Positions 1 to 12,525 of a stretch of DNA of 64,000 bases are shown here, one piece after another. Positions within the stretch are counted from its first letter, which is position 1, and each line of letters starts with the position of its first letter. Source of the stretch: Utricularia gibba (lineage: Eukaryota > Plantae > Magnoliophyta); assembly GCA_002189035.1 (NCBI GenBank), contig NEEC01000010.1, positions 1,674,001 to 1,738,000 on the forward strand, read 5' to 3'. A model generated the notes under the pieces. That model was not told the origin of the DNA, ran no database searches, and was given only the letters and a program-made list of their open reading frames with translations. A program made the position numbers and the translations under genes.

Positions 1-2615
1 ACATGGAACAGGATATGGAATGAGCAGGTAGAAGGATCGACCCTGATGCAACATGCGGATTTGCTACCTTTTTCCACATTTTTAATATCTAAAAATTAGT
101 AAATTAATGCATAAAACAACACACACACGTGAATATTTTGTTCATAAATCCCAGGGACACGCTCGGTGTCACGTTCATTTCCCCTCCAAAAAAAGAAAAA
201 AAATGAAAATTTTAATATCTAAATGCACGTGCCCTAGTTCTGATCCTTGAAAATGGAGGTGGATTATGTATACGTGGAGGAGAAGAGAATGGAGGCGAGG
301 GATTTGGCTGGAAAGGGATATCCAACACCTCATAAGGAGAAGGTATCGTTTGTTGTGATTCGTTTGGGTGGTCATGCAGGATGGGTATTCTCTTGTCCCC
401 AGTCGATATTCGATGCTAACTAAAAGTATAAAGGAGACACAGACTATGATTTTTGTCGACTTCCTTCTTTTGAAAACATTTTGTCTGCATCTTTTGGCGC
501 ATAAAGCAGATTCCAACTTCTCTACGGGAAACTCAGGCTCATCCCTGCTGCTGGACTCCGTCATAGAGAGGAACCAGTCCACCAAACCCTGTTATTTTTG
601 CTCTGTGTTTCCTGGTATTTATCTTTGAGGGGCATCAAGTTTCTGGGATTCTGTCTCGATGTGGGATCTTTTGGGTATAGCGGTTGATCCAGGAGCCTGT
701 TAATGGAGATCAGAAGGTATGCCCAAAAGCAACCAGTCGTTAGTTAAACAAGGGGGTTTCTGACTAGACCAGCACTAGAGACTTCCCTCCCTCCCATTAC
801 GTTTGATCATTACGTCCACTACAGAAAGTCCATGTCTTTGCCCAAATTGGTCTCCTACAGAATATACGTAGAAGATTGAGGAAGCCTGACTGATGGCCAT
901 GTTCACAATTACTGGTAAAAAAAAAGGAGACTTATTGCACAGACTCATGTAGTGGAAAGACACTACAAGGATCTTGCAGATTGGAGGAAAAAAGATTCCT
1001 AGTAGGTCACAGTCGGAGACATTCTACTGTGGGCATAACAGTGAGTTAGTGGGAAGCAAATTGATGAACCATTCACGCCAAGGAAAGAAAAATCACTAAC
1101 ATCAATCAGTCGTATCTCACACTGGAAAATGACAGTGAAGCTAGCAATAATTTTAAGCTTTTACGCATGAAGTTGGATTGGATCCTGAATGAATTTATAA
1201 TGTGTGGAATGGGTGTTGAGGCAGTGGAAGCATGAAACTGGAGTCCCAAGTATCCATCCATCCATCCATGCTTGGAATGATTAAAGGTTAAAGAAGACTC
1301 CATCTCTGTGATCATTCATTATCGACCAACCACAGGCCGGTCGAATGGAGGAGATAAGAAGCTTTTGTGGAGAGCACTAATGCTGCTGAACATCATTGGT
1401 ACATGGAACGCTTTCACCTCCCACTCCTGTTGTTGTGGCATCTGACATCATGACAGGATCTTACAGGTAATGATCATGATCAAGGGGGAGCTCTTGCACG
1501 CTTTGAGTTTCTTCACTTACCATTTGAGGACCCCAAATGAGCAGAAACAGATTTCAAGCTAACTGATATGATAATATGAGCAAACAAATGGTATGAAAAA
1601 TTATGGGTATGTACAAAAAAATTTATGAAGTGATTCGTTTAAGTTTTGAAGATTTTCATATTTATTCGTTCTATGGTAAAATCAGAAATCTAAATTCTAT
1701 GATTAACAGTTATATCATAATATTAAATTATATAACAATTTAATTTATTAAACTTTACAATATATATATATTATTAAATTTTATAATATAATTTTATGTT
1801 ATCCTATAAAACAATTTTACAATCTCAAATTGATTCTACATAATCTTAAATGATCATATTTCACATAATATGAAGTATTATTTCAAATTACAGAAAACAT
1901 TCTATGTGAGATTTTCTGCTATTTATTTTATTTTAAAAAAGAACCAAATGGGGTTCGCCAAAAGGGCAGAAGATTAACATCGGTCCATCTTAACATCATT
2001 TGAGCCTTGTCATAGCCACTGGGCGAGCCCAATGAAGCCCATTAAAAACAAATAAATATCCCCAGCCCATTTTGTGTAAATAATTGACGACTGTGTCCAT
2101 TAAAAATTGATTTTAATAAAATTAAAAATTTTGATAAAATAAAAATTGATATATTCTTTTAAAAATCATTTATAAAATTAATTTATGTTTGAAATACAAG
2201 AAAAATAAAAATATTTTTTAATAAATAAAGGACACATTTAATCGTATTTATATAAATTATAATAAGATGGGAAATACAAGTGTATACATATTTATTAATA
2301 TTAATTATTAACCTTTAGTTTTATCAGCAGTATATCCTTTTTTACTCATGTGTTGTTTTTAGTGAGTATTAAAAAAATGATATTATATATCAATAAAATT
2401 ATAAATTATATTTTTATATTTTTTACTTGAGATAGAACCACAAAAGTTAGGTATATTTTTTTTTTCAAATATCTCTCTCATAAGCTTTTATCTTAAAACA
2501 TTTAAATTGAGTAAATAAAAATAAAATTAAAAGAAAAACAAATAATACAAATTCCACTAGATGACAGGTAAGAAGAAATGACTGATTCTTAAATTACTTT
2601 ATTTTCCACTGCAAA

Positions 2616-2639
2616 CCCTTTACATGCATTTAGTAACTC
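2616..2639 (+). promoter_or_regulatory. Possible degenerate AP3/DEF proximal CArG-like element
   Basis: CCCTTTACATGCATTTAGTAACTC about 130 nt upstream of the DEF ATG resembles my recollection of the AP3 proximal CArG region (CTTTCCATTTTTAGTAACTC). It is not a perfect CC(A/T)6GG. Confidence 0.3.
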
Positions 2640-2769
2640 TTTCCTCTTACAGAAACAATTCCACCATACTTTCTTTCTCCATCTACCTTCCTTCCCCTGT
2701 CTATCTCTTCTTCTTCATCATCTCCTTCAAAAGTTCTCCATTTCTCATTTCCCAGAGAGAGAGGAAGCC

Positions 2770-4054
2770 ATGGCCCGGGGCAAGATCCAGATCAAGAGAA
2801 TCGAGAACCAAACCAACAGACAAGTCACGTACTCCAAGAGAAGAAACGGGTTGTTCAAGAAAGCTCATGAGCTCACCGTTCTCTGCGATGCGAAAGTCTC
2901 CATTATCATGATCTCGAGCACCCAGAAACTTCATGAGTACATCAGCCCAGCTACTACGTACATCCCCTTTTAATTATTTCCTGTATTTTTTCTGTTGATG
3001 TAAAAAGGGAAACAAGAGCTAGGGTTTTTGTGTGTTTTGTTCAGGACGAAGCAGGTGTTTGATCAGTATCAGAAGGCTGTGGGAGTTGATCTCTGGAGCA
3101 CACACTATGAGGTTTGCCTTGCTTTTAGTTTGCAGATCTGGTTTTGGGTTTGGACATGGAGTACTGGTTTTTTTTTCTTTTTTGATTGTTTGTGTAGCAA
3201 ATGCAAGAACACTTGAAGAAGCTCAAGGAGGTTAATAGAAACCTTAGAAGGGAGATTAGGTAATCCATCCCTTTTGATTCTGCTTTTGGATTTCCATAAC
3301 AAAAAAAAATCTCCTTTTATACTTCTGAGTTTGATTTGTTCAATTTGACAGGCAAAGAATGGGAGAAAGCTTGAACGAGCTTGGATATGAGCAAATGGTT
3401 GATCTGATTGAAAACATGGACAAATCCCTCTCCCTTATTCGAGAAAGAAAGGTTTGATTTTCTTTCCTTAGGGTTTTTCAAGATGAAAGCGTCGGTCATT
3501 TTTGAGTTTCTGTGGATTTAAGCATGAAACTTGAAGCTTTTGTCCAATGGGAAATGGTAGAAATCCCTGCAACCTAGGAATACTATATCAGTTTCTTGAT
3601 GTCAAATCATCTTTGCTACTGCAGTACAAAGTCATTGGGAATCAGATTGAAACCAGCAAGAAAAAGGTAAAAAAAATCAAACTGTATCTTCACAGCATCA
3701 AAGTAGATTTCATTCTGTATATCATGGCTTTGAGTTGAGTTTCACTTCTCAGGTGAGGAATGCTGATGAAGTGCACAGGAAATACCTCCTCCAATTTGTA
3801 AGTTCCTCCAAACACCCCCCCACCATATCAGAAACATGCTTAACTGGGAACTGCGATGAACACAGGATGCTGCCAGACAAGAGGATCCTCATTATGGGCT
3901 AGTGGAAAACGAAGCTGATTTCAACTCAGTTCTCGGATTCTCCGGAGGAGGGCCTCGCATTATCACCCTCCACTTGCCTCCCAGCCACCCTCACCACGGC
4001 ATTCACACCGGGAGCGGCGCCTCCGATCTCACCACCTTTCCTCTGCTTGAGTAA
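2770..4054 (+). CDS. DEF/AP3: Class B floral homeotic MADS-box protein, euAP3/DEFICIENS lineage (7 exons)
   Basis: MADS domain [51 protein letters not shown] exons 2770-2957, 3045-3111, 3198-3259, 3352-3451, 3625-3666, 3753-3797, 3866-4054 (188/67/62/100/42/45/189 nt, the typical AP3 layout). C-terminus ...[11 protein letters not shown]...GGGPRIITL...DLTTFPLLE* is the euAP3 motif. Confidence 0.97.
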
Positions 4055-5594
4055 AGCTTTCTCTAGCAAAAAGAAAGACACTTGAATAAGAATGGGACAC
4101 TTAGCTTCTTCAACTTGTTGGTTTTCTGGGATTATGTGCATGCTCATGTTGTTCTATTTGGTGTGGATCACTTTCCCCTACTTTTATCTGGAAGTTTCAT
4201 GGGAAATGAACACCATGGATGATCCTGTGCGTGCTTGTTCATCTGCTTATACTGTAACCTCGCTCTAGGTCACCTCAGAGCCGATTGGTAATGAGCTATG
4301 CTGTTTTAAATACTTCAACTTGCTGAAGGTTTGTGATGGGAGCTACAAGTAGCATTTTGTATGATATTTTAATTAATGATATATTTAAATAAATACACGT
4401 TATAGATTATAATTGAAATTACGATTGTTAGATAAATTTTATGAATATATATATTAAAAATATTATCGTATTTGATTTATATATTTAAAATAAATGAAAA
4501 AATATAAAACTTGATTAATTAAAGAATTTACAAAAAAGAAGTTTTTTTTTATAAACATGGTTAAAGATGTTGTGTAAATGAATTAAAAATTACATATTTA
4601 TTAGATAATATACTTATCAAACAAACGTAGTTTATAATATATTTATATTTAGAAATATAAAAATATCTATCAAACACAATTTATATATTTCATGAATTGA
4701 TGGGGATTAATACAGGGTTATAATTTAATTGACAAAAACAGAAATTAAAAAAAGCAATAAATAGCTATAACATCAAGTTGACCTTATGGCCTCCAAAGCA
4801 CACAATTGTAATGCCTCATCCAAGGAACGATGTCAAAACCAACTTAAGCAAATTTCACATCAGTGACGTATGAGGAGAGAGTAAAAGATTAAGCATATTG
4901 ACTATGAAAAATTTTTACAAGACCTTTTTTAATGAAGTATTTTTAATAGGAACTTTAAAATTAAAGTATACTTTATCGTGCCACTAGGAAACTTCTAACT
5001 AAAGATAAGAAAAATATAAAAACGTATGATATAATTATCTGAAACGGATAATATCGAAGTTAGATATAATGACATTTGTAATAACTCAATTTCACTTGTC
5101 AATCCATTGTTTAGTTGGAATAATTTGTAAGAAAAAATATAAATTGTATTTAATAGTAATATTATAATAAATACCTTTAAAACGCATGAAAAAAAGGAAA
5201 TAATGATATCAATTTGGGATATATTAAATTATATATGTTACAAATTGTATTACTAAATTAAAATTGAATTGCATTCATTACCAGTATACTATACATAGCA
5301 TAGGGAAAATTAAATTTTTATTAATTTTCAAATTGTATTGGAAAATAAAAGTAATATTTTATTCAGTATTGAATATTCAGGAAAATTATATTATATTCAA
5401 TTATTTAGGGAAATTATTTTTTAATAATATTTATCCCCTCCTCTCTCATCTGACTCCAAGCGCTTCTCTTTCTGCCCATCACTGTCAGACTCTGTACCTG
5501 CACCCCCTCTTGTGTCTATCTCTTCGTTGCTTCCTAAGAATATAGATTGCTTGATCTTCACAGAGCAGGAAGCGGAGAAGGGGAAGGACATAGG

Positions 5595-6625
5595 ATGAAG
5601 ATTCTGTGCGATGTGTGTGAAAAAAACGGGGCTTCGGTTTTTTGCGCGGCGGATGAAGCTGCCCTTTGCGTTGACTGCGATCGCCGCGTCCACCATGCTA
5701 ACAAGCTCGCTGGAAAGCACCAGCGCTTCTCTATTGAACGCCCATCTTCCAGAGATTCCACCGTCTGCGATATCTGCAAGGCGTGAAGAATTTCCTTTTT
5801 TTGGAAATTATGTCTTCGTGAATCGATTAGTTTTATGTATTGATCTTTGATTATGTGTTTGGGAATGTAGGAGAGAAGGGCTTTCTTGTTTTGCCAACAA
5901 GACAGAGCGATTCTATGCAGAGACTGCGATGTTTCTATCCATAGAACGAATAAGCATACTCAGATGCACACAAGGTTTTTGCTGATTGGTCTCAGAGTGT
6001 CATCGGCTCCTTCAAGTTACAGTTCTTCCCAGGAAGCAGATTCTTTTCCCACAAATGTCAACTGTGTTAGCTCAAAAGTTGCTGTAGATGATAATTCCAA
6101 TGCCAATTTGATGAGTGCAAGTAACATATCAGATCATCTTCTGGAAACGGTTCCTGGATGGCAATTTGAGGACTATTTCATTGATTCCTCTCCCCCTCCC
6201 TACGTTCTCTCCAAGGTTTGTATTTCAAATACCGTGAAGAAACAAATTCCAGGTTTTCGTCAAGATCTTGGCTTTAATTTCTCAATGATGCTCAGGAACT
6301 AAACAATGAGCAGGTGCTTCCAATGATGGGAACTGAAATGCCTACAAATCTGTGCTCCTTTACTTCAGAGGAGCTAGGATTTTGGGTCCCCCAATCTACT
6401 CTATATCCCACGCAGAGTCATCCCAGCCACTCCATAGAACCACCCTTCAAATCAACAACTGGAACTGAGGAGCATTTCGCAAAGAAACTCAAGAAAAGAT
6501 GGATTGAAGATTGCTGCCCACTGGTCCCAGATCTCCCTGAATGTTTTCAAGTACCTGCCAGCTTCTTTGCATTTGCCAATGGTGAAAAGCTAGCATCCAA
6601 AAAGCCCAGGTTGCCTAATTTTTAG
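5595..6625 (+). CDS. Double B-box zinc finger protein (group IV, BBX20/21/22-like)
   Basis: B-box1 MKILCDVCEKNGASVFCAADEAALCVDCDRRVHHANKLAGKHQRF; B-box2 CDICK/ERRAFLFCQQDRAILCRDCDVSIH. Exons 5595-5780, 5871-6215, 6296-6625. C-terminal VP-like motif (LVPDLP) and basic KKPR. Intron 1 needs a GC donor. Confidence 0.92.
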
Positions 6626-7155
6626 CTCAATGTCTGCTTTCAAATTCAATAACATTGAAGTCCAGCGTTTTGGCATCTGGCTTGGATTCAACTTGGACAT
6701 CACTCTGTTCTGCTTGAACCCTTTGGTTCTGTGTTGTATACCCATCATGTGTTTGTGTCTGAGGAGGAGGAATGGGCAAAATGTACGCAGTGGATGGCAT
6801 CAATTATTGACTCTTGATGTTGAATGTGAATGAGCACCTAGTTTTTGTACACCTGGTTGCAGAAATAAATTGCAGAGTAGGTATGGGACGATGGACAAAG
6901 AGTGTGACAGGGATCTGGAAAAATATTTTTTAAAAGTATTGGCGATAAAATAAAAATATTTTACATTGTTTGATTTTTTAAAATATGAGTCACTTATAAA
7001 ATATTTTTACAAAAATATAAATTGCATATAATTAAAATACTTTTGGATAAGGTTGAACCAAACACAGGTGTACATTAATAAAGAATTGGCTAAAATATCT
7101 AGAATTTTGATTGAATACGAAATGAATAAAAAATACAAAATTACGTGTTGGTGAC

Positions 7156-7699
7156 TGTTAAGGGTCAAAACGATATCCGGTGTAAGACCGATTTAAGGTG
7201 ATAAGTGCGGTCAAAATTTGCCTCACTTAGTTACGTTGTTCGCGGTTGGTTCGATCGAAACAAAAATGAGCGGGGGTTTTTTACGTGGAAACCGCCGGAA
7301 ATCAGAAAAACCACGGAGTTGCCGGAACTCGTCGGAAAAGATTTCCACTAGATAGAGAGGGGAGAAGACGAGGTTACAAGTCTAAGAATTCTCTCTATTC
7401 CTTTTCTTGCGTCCAACCCCCACCTTCGTCATGATTCTTCCTATTTATAGGAGAGCTCACTCTAATCGAATTCTGACATCTGCAAATATCGGTTGCTTTT
7501 TGCTCCTACTATACGATCTCGCTTTTAAGACATCGGCCACCTGTTATGCCGTAATTCGACCGCTTTTCAGGCTGTGTCATATGGCCATACCTGTCAGATT
7601 TCTGACAGATATCGATTTTTCGTCTAGCGTTATCCCTTCAGAATCATTTTTGACAGCCTTTTAGGAGACGATTGTGTCAAACCGGTTTATCCCCTATCA
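7156..7699 (-). mobile_element. Solo LTR of an LTR retrotransposon (544 bp) with 5-bp target-site duplication
   Basis: Begins TG (7156) and ends CA (7699). Flanked by identical GTGAC at 7151-7155 and 7700-7704. A TATA-like CCTATAAATAG on the minus strand (plus ctatttatagg from 7441). GC content is higher than the AT-rich flanks; no internal gag/pol, PBS or PPT. Confidence 0.85.
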
Positions 7700-7784
7700 G
7701 TGACGTGTTAGCAACCACCTTAATTGCAAAATAGGTAATTAATTTTCAGGATAGTTAATAATAATAATAGAAAATTATAATAAA

Positions 7785-8205
7785 AACACATTAATTTTCA
7801 ATCAATATAAAAAATTTAATCATTAAGTTTTAAAATTGCAAAAAAAAAAAAAAAACAATTCAAGTTGCCAAAATCATACATAAAAACTTAAGTAATTTTT
7901 AAACTTAACAAAATTTCATGCTACAATTTTTTACATTCTTAAGTTCAGTAAATCAAATAATACTCATGTTAACGTTATGTCGCATTCACATCTCATATTA
8001 TTTAAAATAATGATTGTTATATCGTATTTACATACACATCTCATATGGCATGGTATGCATTTTTAGTAATACGAGAGGTTAAATATATAATTTCATAAGT
8101 TTGAGGGTCAAATTGTTCACAAAAAAAAATAAACTGAGAAGTATATGATATAATTTTAAAACTTAGATGTTAAATTTTTTATATTGGTTATTAATTAGTG
8201 CACAA
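7785..8205. mobile_element. AT-rich MITE/foldback-like element, family A, copy 1
   Basis: Inverted arms tataaaaaatttaatcattaagttttaaaa (7806-7835) and ttttaaaacttagatgttaaattttttata (8154-8183). The right half is homologous to 29400-29515 and 14860-14975. Boundaries approximate. Confidence 0.55.
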
Positions 8206-8652
8206 ACTCCACCCATAATAATAATTCATGATGATGAGGACACGGCTGGACCGGAGACAAGCCCACGCGGGCATTGTAAGTATGATTGGTTTGTTACGGT
8301 ACTGTATCGGAGACAAGCCCACGAGGCTTTGTACAGAAACAAAAAATAAAATCCAGTAAATTTTGATTTTTTGCTGTGTGTGAAAGATGATAAACCAGTT
8401 ATTCAACAAATTAAATCATTTTATTAGTTTCGACTTTTAATTCTCATTCTAATCAATTTTTTTAATAATACATTACTTAAGTCCTTTTGTAATTTTTATT
8501 TTTAAGTTTTGGAGGAATTAAAAATCAAATCTTTCATATAAATATTATCTATTTTTAAAATTCATAAAATCAATTCATTTTAACTATGCTGAATATTGGC
8601 ACCAGCAGACTACTTTCCCACGGGGTGATGGATCATGCAGCGGCTGCTGAGT

Positions 8653-10682
8653 TCACCAGAAGTCTCCACAAGAACAAGCGCCGTCGCGAAAATGGTGAAA
8701 TCTTTTAGGATCTCTCACCACAATTTCACGTTCACTGATCTTGGAGATCATCTTAATCGCCGTGTGGCAATCTTCACATGTTCTCAGATTTTTCATCACC
8801 TGTATCATCGTCCTTGGAGCTGAATTCATCACCCCGAAAACAACAGCAAGTTTCTCGCTGTGAACTGTCACCGCAGTCTCCTTCTCCTCTTCATCCACAT
8901 CATGGAGAACGGATGAAACACTTGGTACATACCCTGCTTCTTGCAGCTTCACACACAGTTCTTCCCAGTGCTCCTGGATTCTCTGTTGCTCAGGGTGTTG
9001 TCTGTCTCCTGCCAGAAACACATGAACCTTGCCTTTCAGTTCCACCACACTGAACCCGGGAGATTTAGCGATGCCCTGCTTTTTCATAGACATTCGCATC
9101 TTTTTGGCGTCCTCCCACCTTCTGGCATCGGAGTAGATGTTGGAGAGCAATGTGTAGTAGCCGGAGTTGGTTGGATCTAACTCCAGCAGTTTCCTGCCGG
9201 AGATCTCTCCTAGCTCCACGTTTCTGTGTATCCTGCAGGAAGCCAATAGAGAACACCAGATCACGAAGTCGGGTTCCACCCGCATCTCCAATATCAAGTC
9301 ATAAGCTTTCTTTAGATGGCCAGCACGACCAAGGAGATCGACCATGCACCCGTAGTGTTCAAGACAGGGCTGAATGTTGAACTTATGCTGCATTGTGCAG
9401 AACCAGTGCCATCCTTCATCTACTAGCCCTGCGTGGCAACATGCTGAGAGGATGGACACGAATGTGATGCTATTTGGCTTGTTTCCGGCAAGAATCATGT
9501 CGGATAACATTTGAACTGCTTCCTTCGCCCAACCATGAGTTCCGTAGCCTGCAATCATGGCGGACCATGATTTTATATTCTTCTCATCCATCCTGTCAAA
9601 TGCTCTGCGCGCTAGGTTTACTCTCCCACACTTGCAGTACATGTCGATCACTGAAGTACCCACAAACACGTTATTTTCCAGCCTCATCTTCATCACCTGT
9701 AAAACACAGACATGATGAAGCTCAAGTTTGGGTAACACAGAAAAGCAAAAAGCAGTGGTACCTGAGCGTGGATGCCCTTGCCTATTCGCAGAGCCCCTGA
9801 ATGTGCGCATGCTAACAGCACAGCCGACAAAGTTAGTGCATTATACTCAACCTCGGAACTGTTCAACATGCACTGAAAAATTGCAATAGCATCCACAGAC
9901 AACCCGTTTTGTGCGCATACCGCAATTATCGAATTCCATGAGATAACATCTTTGTCATGCATTTCATCAAACACCTTCCTGGAAATTTGAACAGCGCCAC
10001 ATTTCGCATAGGCGTCGATTAAGGTATTACCAACACCTAATTCTCCAACAAGGCCCCTTTTAATCACGAAGCCATGGACACACCTCGAGTAGTTAAGTTC
10101 AGAAGCAGATGAGCACGCCGCCAACACAGGAACAATGGCGACCCCGTCAACCCGCCCTTCCTCCTCCATACCAATCTCACTTTCTTCAACTAACTGTTCT
10201 TTGAAAAGTAGCAATGCTTCAAGAGAGCAATCGTTTTGAACGTACCCATTTATCATCGAGGTCCAGGATACGACGTTTCTTTGAGGAGTTTCATCGAACA
10301 CGCCTAGTGCATCGTCTAATCGCCCGCATTTGGAGTACATGTCAATCAGCGCAGATGAAACAAAAAGGTCAGAAGCGTAGCCGAAGATAACAGCCTGCTG
10401 ATGCGCTTGCTTGCCGGAGATGAGATCGCGCAGCGCGGCGCAAGACTTAATTGCACAAGGAAAAGACGAGCGATTCGGCTTGAGCGCAGATTTGCGCATG
10501 AACGAAAACGCTCTGAGGGCTTCTTCGGCATCCCCGCTCCTCGCCAACTCTGAGATAACTGAATTCCAAGAGAAAACGCTCTTCTTGTCAACATATTTGC
10601 TGAACAGCTTCGTGATGTTTGACTTCGAAGAAGAATAATGACGATGCTGCATTACACGACTACGATACATTCTGCCCTTCAT
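8653..10682 (-). CDS. PLS-class pentatricopeptide repeat protein with E/DYW domain (At3g26782/MEF14-like RNA editing factor)
   Basis: Two ORFs joined by a 65-nt GT-AG intron (plus 9697-9761, IHAQ|VMKM). PPR motifs ([36 protein letters not shown]). DYW domain with HSEKL and CEDCH, ending CSCGDFW*. Confidence 0.93.
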
Positions 10683-10971
10683 CTTCCATCTTCTCCCATG
10701 ATCTCTGCTAACTCTGAAATTCTCTTTATTTCATCCAAAGACTGTAACTTTACCCAGATTCTTACAGCCCCATCTCGAGAAAATTCAACCTTGGCACAAC
10801 TACGAATCTGCATATCCCTTGTGTAGTTGCCGGGTAATAAATTATGTTCGAATTTGGATCTTCCCTTGTGAAGATTCATCACGTTACTTGAAATACAGTG
10901 TGCAAGTAGTAAGAAGAAAAAAACAGCACAAAAAAGCTCTGATTTTGCCCAGACTGTTCCCTTGTCCCTGC

Positions 10972-11880
10972 TCAGTGCTTGAGCCAGTAATTCCTCAACT
11001 GCGACATATGCAGAAGTATCTCATCGCGCCCGAGATTCGTCACGCTGCTGGTCATAATCCAGGGTGGTGAACTCACAAAGGAATCACGTATCAGTTTCAG
11101 AAAATCCTCCACGTTCTCCACACAACTCTTACCCCCATTCTTCTTCTTCTTCCTCTTGTCACATTTAGTGAACACCAAGGTCATCGGAATCTCATTCTGC
11201 CCCAACCAACTTGCGTACTCCAGGTCGATCTTCTTTGCCGGAATGCTGCCATCAATCAGCAGGAATACAGAGACCAGCGTCCGTCGGTTGAGGAAGTAGT
11301 CCTTGGTGAACTTGCCCCAATCTGTTCTCACCTCATACGGTGCTGCTGCATAGCCATACCCTGGGAGATCCACAAGATACCAGCTTTCATTGATACGAAA
11401 ATGGTTGATGCACTGCGTTTTCCCCGGCTTTTTAGAGGTGAGAGCTAGACGTTTACGTCGAACTAGGGAGTTGAGAAGTGAAGACTTGCCAACATTTGAC
11501 CTCCCAACAAGAGCAAATTCGGGCAATCCATCTGCAGGGCAATCCTCCGTTCTCACGCTGCTTTTTACAAACTCCGCATTGGTGATCTCCACCCCTTCTC
11601 CTCCGGCATAGTCGCTCAGCACAATGTTGGAGCCTTTCAAGATTCTTGCGCTCAAAGACTGGTTTTTTAGCGACAATGCGTCTGCTTCAGGAGGCAAGAA
11701 GAGAGTCTCCTGGGGAAGCGAAGGGCTTGTAGGGCTGAAGTGCGAAAGGGGCGTGGCTGCAGTTGAAGCAGCTTTGGGTTCGGACAATAGACTTGAGATG
11801 GCGAAAAACAATTTCTTGGGATTTCTAGATATAGGAGGAGATGCACAGAGATGGAGGTTTAATCTGGGTGTCAGAAACAT
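10972..11880 (-). CDS. EngB/YihA-family (TRAFAC) GTP-binding protein with putative organellar transit peptide; single exon
   Basis: G1 GRSNVGKSS, G2 region SKKPGKT, G3 DLPGYG, G4 TKCD; ends RNYWLKH*. First ATG is at 11880 (the ORF track start at 11892 is GTG). Ser/Pro-rich N-terminus. Confidence 0.93.
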   Translation of the reverse strand: MFLTPRLNLHLCASPPISRNPKKLFFAISSLLSEPKAASTAATPLSHFSPTSPSLPQETLFLPPEADALSLKNQSLSARILKGSNIVLSDYAGGEGVEITNAEFVKSSVRTEDCPADGLPEFALVGRSNVGKSSLLNSLVRRKRLALTSKKPGKTQCINHFRINESWYLVDLPGYGYAAAPYEVRTDWGKFTKDYFLNRRTLVSVFLLIDGSIPAKKIDLEYASWLGQNEIPMTLVFTKCDKRKKKKNGGKSCVENVEDFLKLIRDSFVSSPPWIMTSSVTNLGRDEILLHMSQLRNYWLKH

Positions 11881-12525
11881 GTTATCAAACACAAAGCAGG
11901 CGAACTGAGAGCCACAGGAGAGTTCAATCCATCCAAGGGGTAAAAGATACAGAATCTCTCATACACCGCAACTTGCTTTTCCCTCTTCCTTCCTGTAGAA
12001 AATAATCTAGTAAACCCAGGGCCTGTTTTTGCAGCAAACCCACGAACAAATTTACGCAGGAAGCAACAACAAGACGAAAAAAATACCAAATTCCACACTC
12101 CCCACAACTCGACACAGCCGTAACTGCAAATATAGCGTCAAATGTCGCGTGTAAAACGCCCAACTCAAAATTCAAAAATAAACACAAAAGCTAGGGTTCC
12201 TCCAATTCCTAAGGTAGCAAACGCCATTTCAGCAAAACAAACCTGAGCAGCAGGCAGCCTCAGCAAATTGCCCCAGCTATAGACAACAAAAACGCCTTTG
12301 CCTACTAATGAAGAAACAATCCCCGCCGCAAACTTGCCACTTGAATCAGCAATCAACTTCTAATCCGTAGAACACCGGATCCACACGAATTTTCCGTAGG
12401 ATGAAGGTTTCATAATTTCTTCCCGTTGGGTTTTCTTCCTCCGTCTTCAATGGCTTCATGGGCCTTCCGTTTTCTGGCCCAAACGGTTTCTCCTTTATCC
12501 AAACTACAGTCACTATTGTTGTGAC

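Noticed and set aside
5264-5545. AT-rich ORFs in spacers (also 34932-35123, 8167-8409)
   Set aside because: They are low-complexity I/F/Y/N/K-rich translations of MITE or spacer DNA, with no coding signature.
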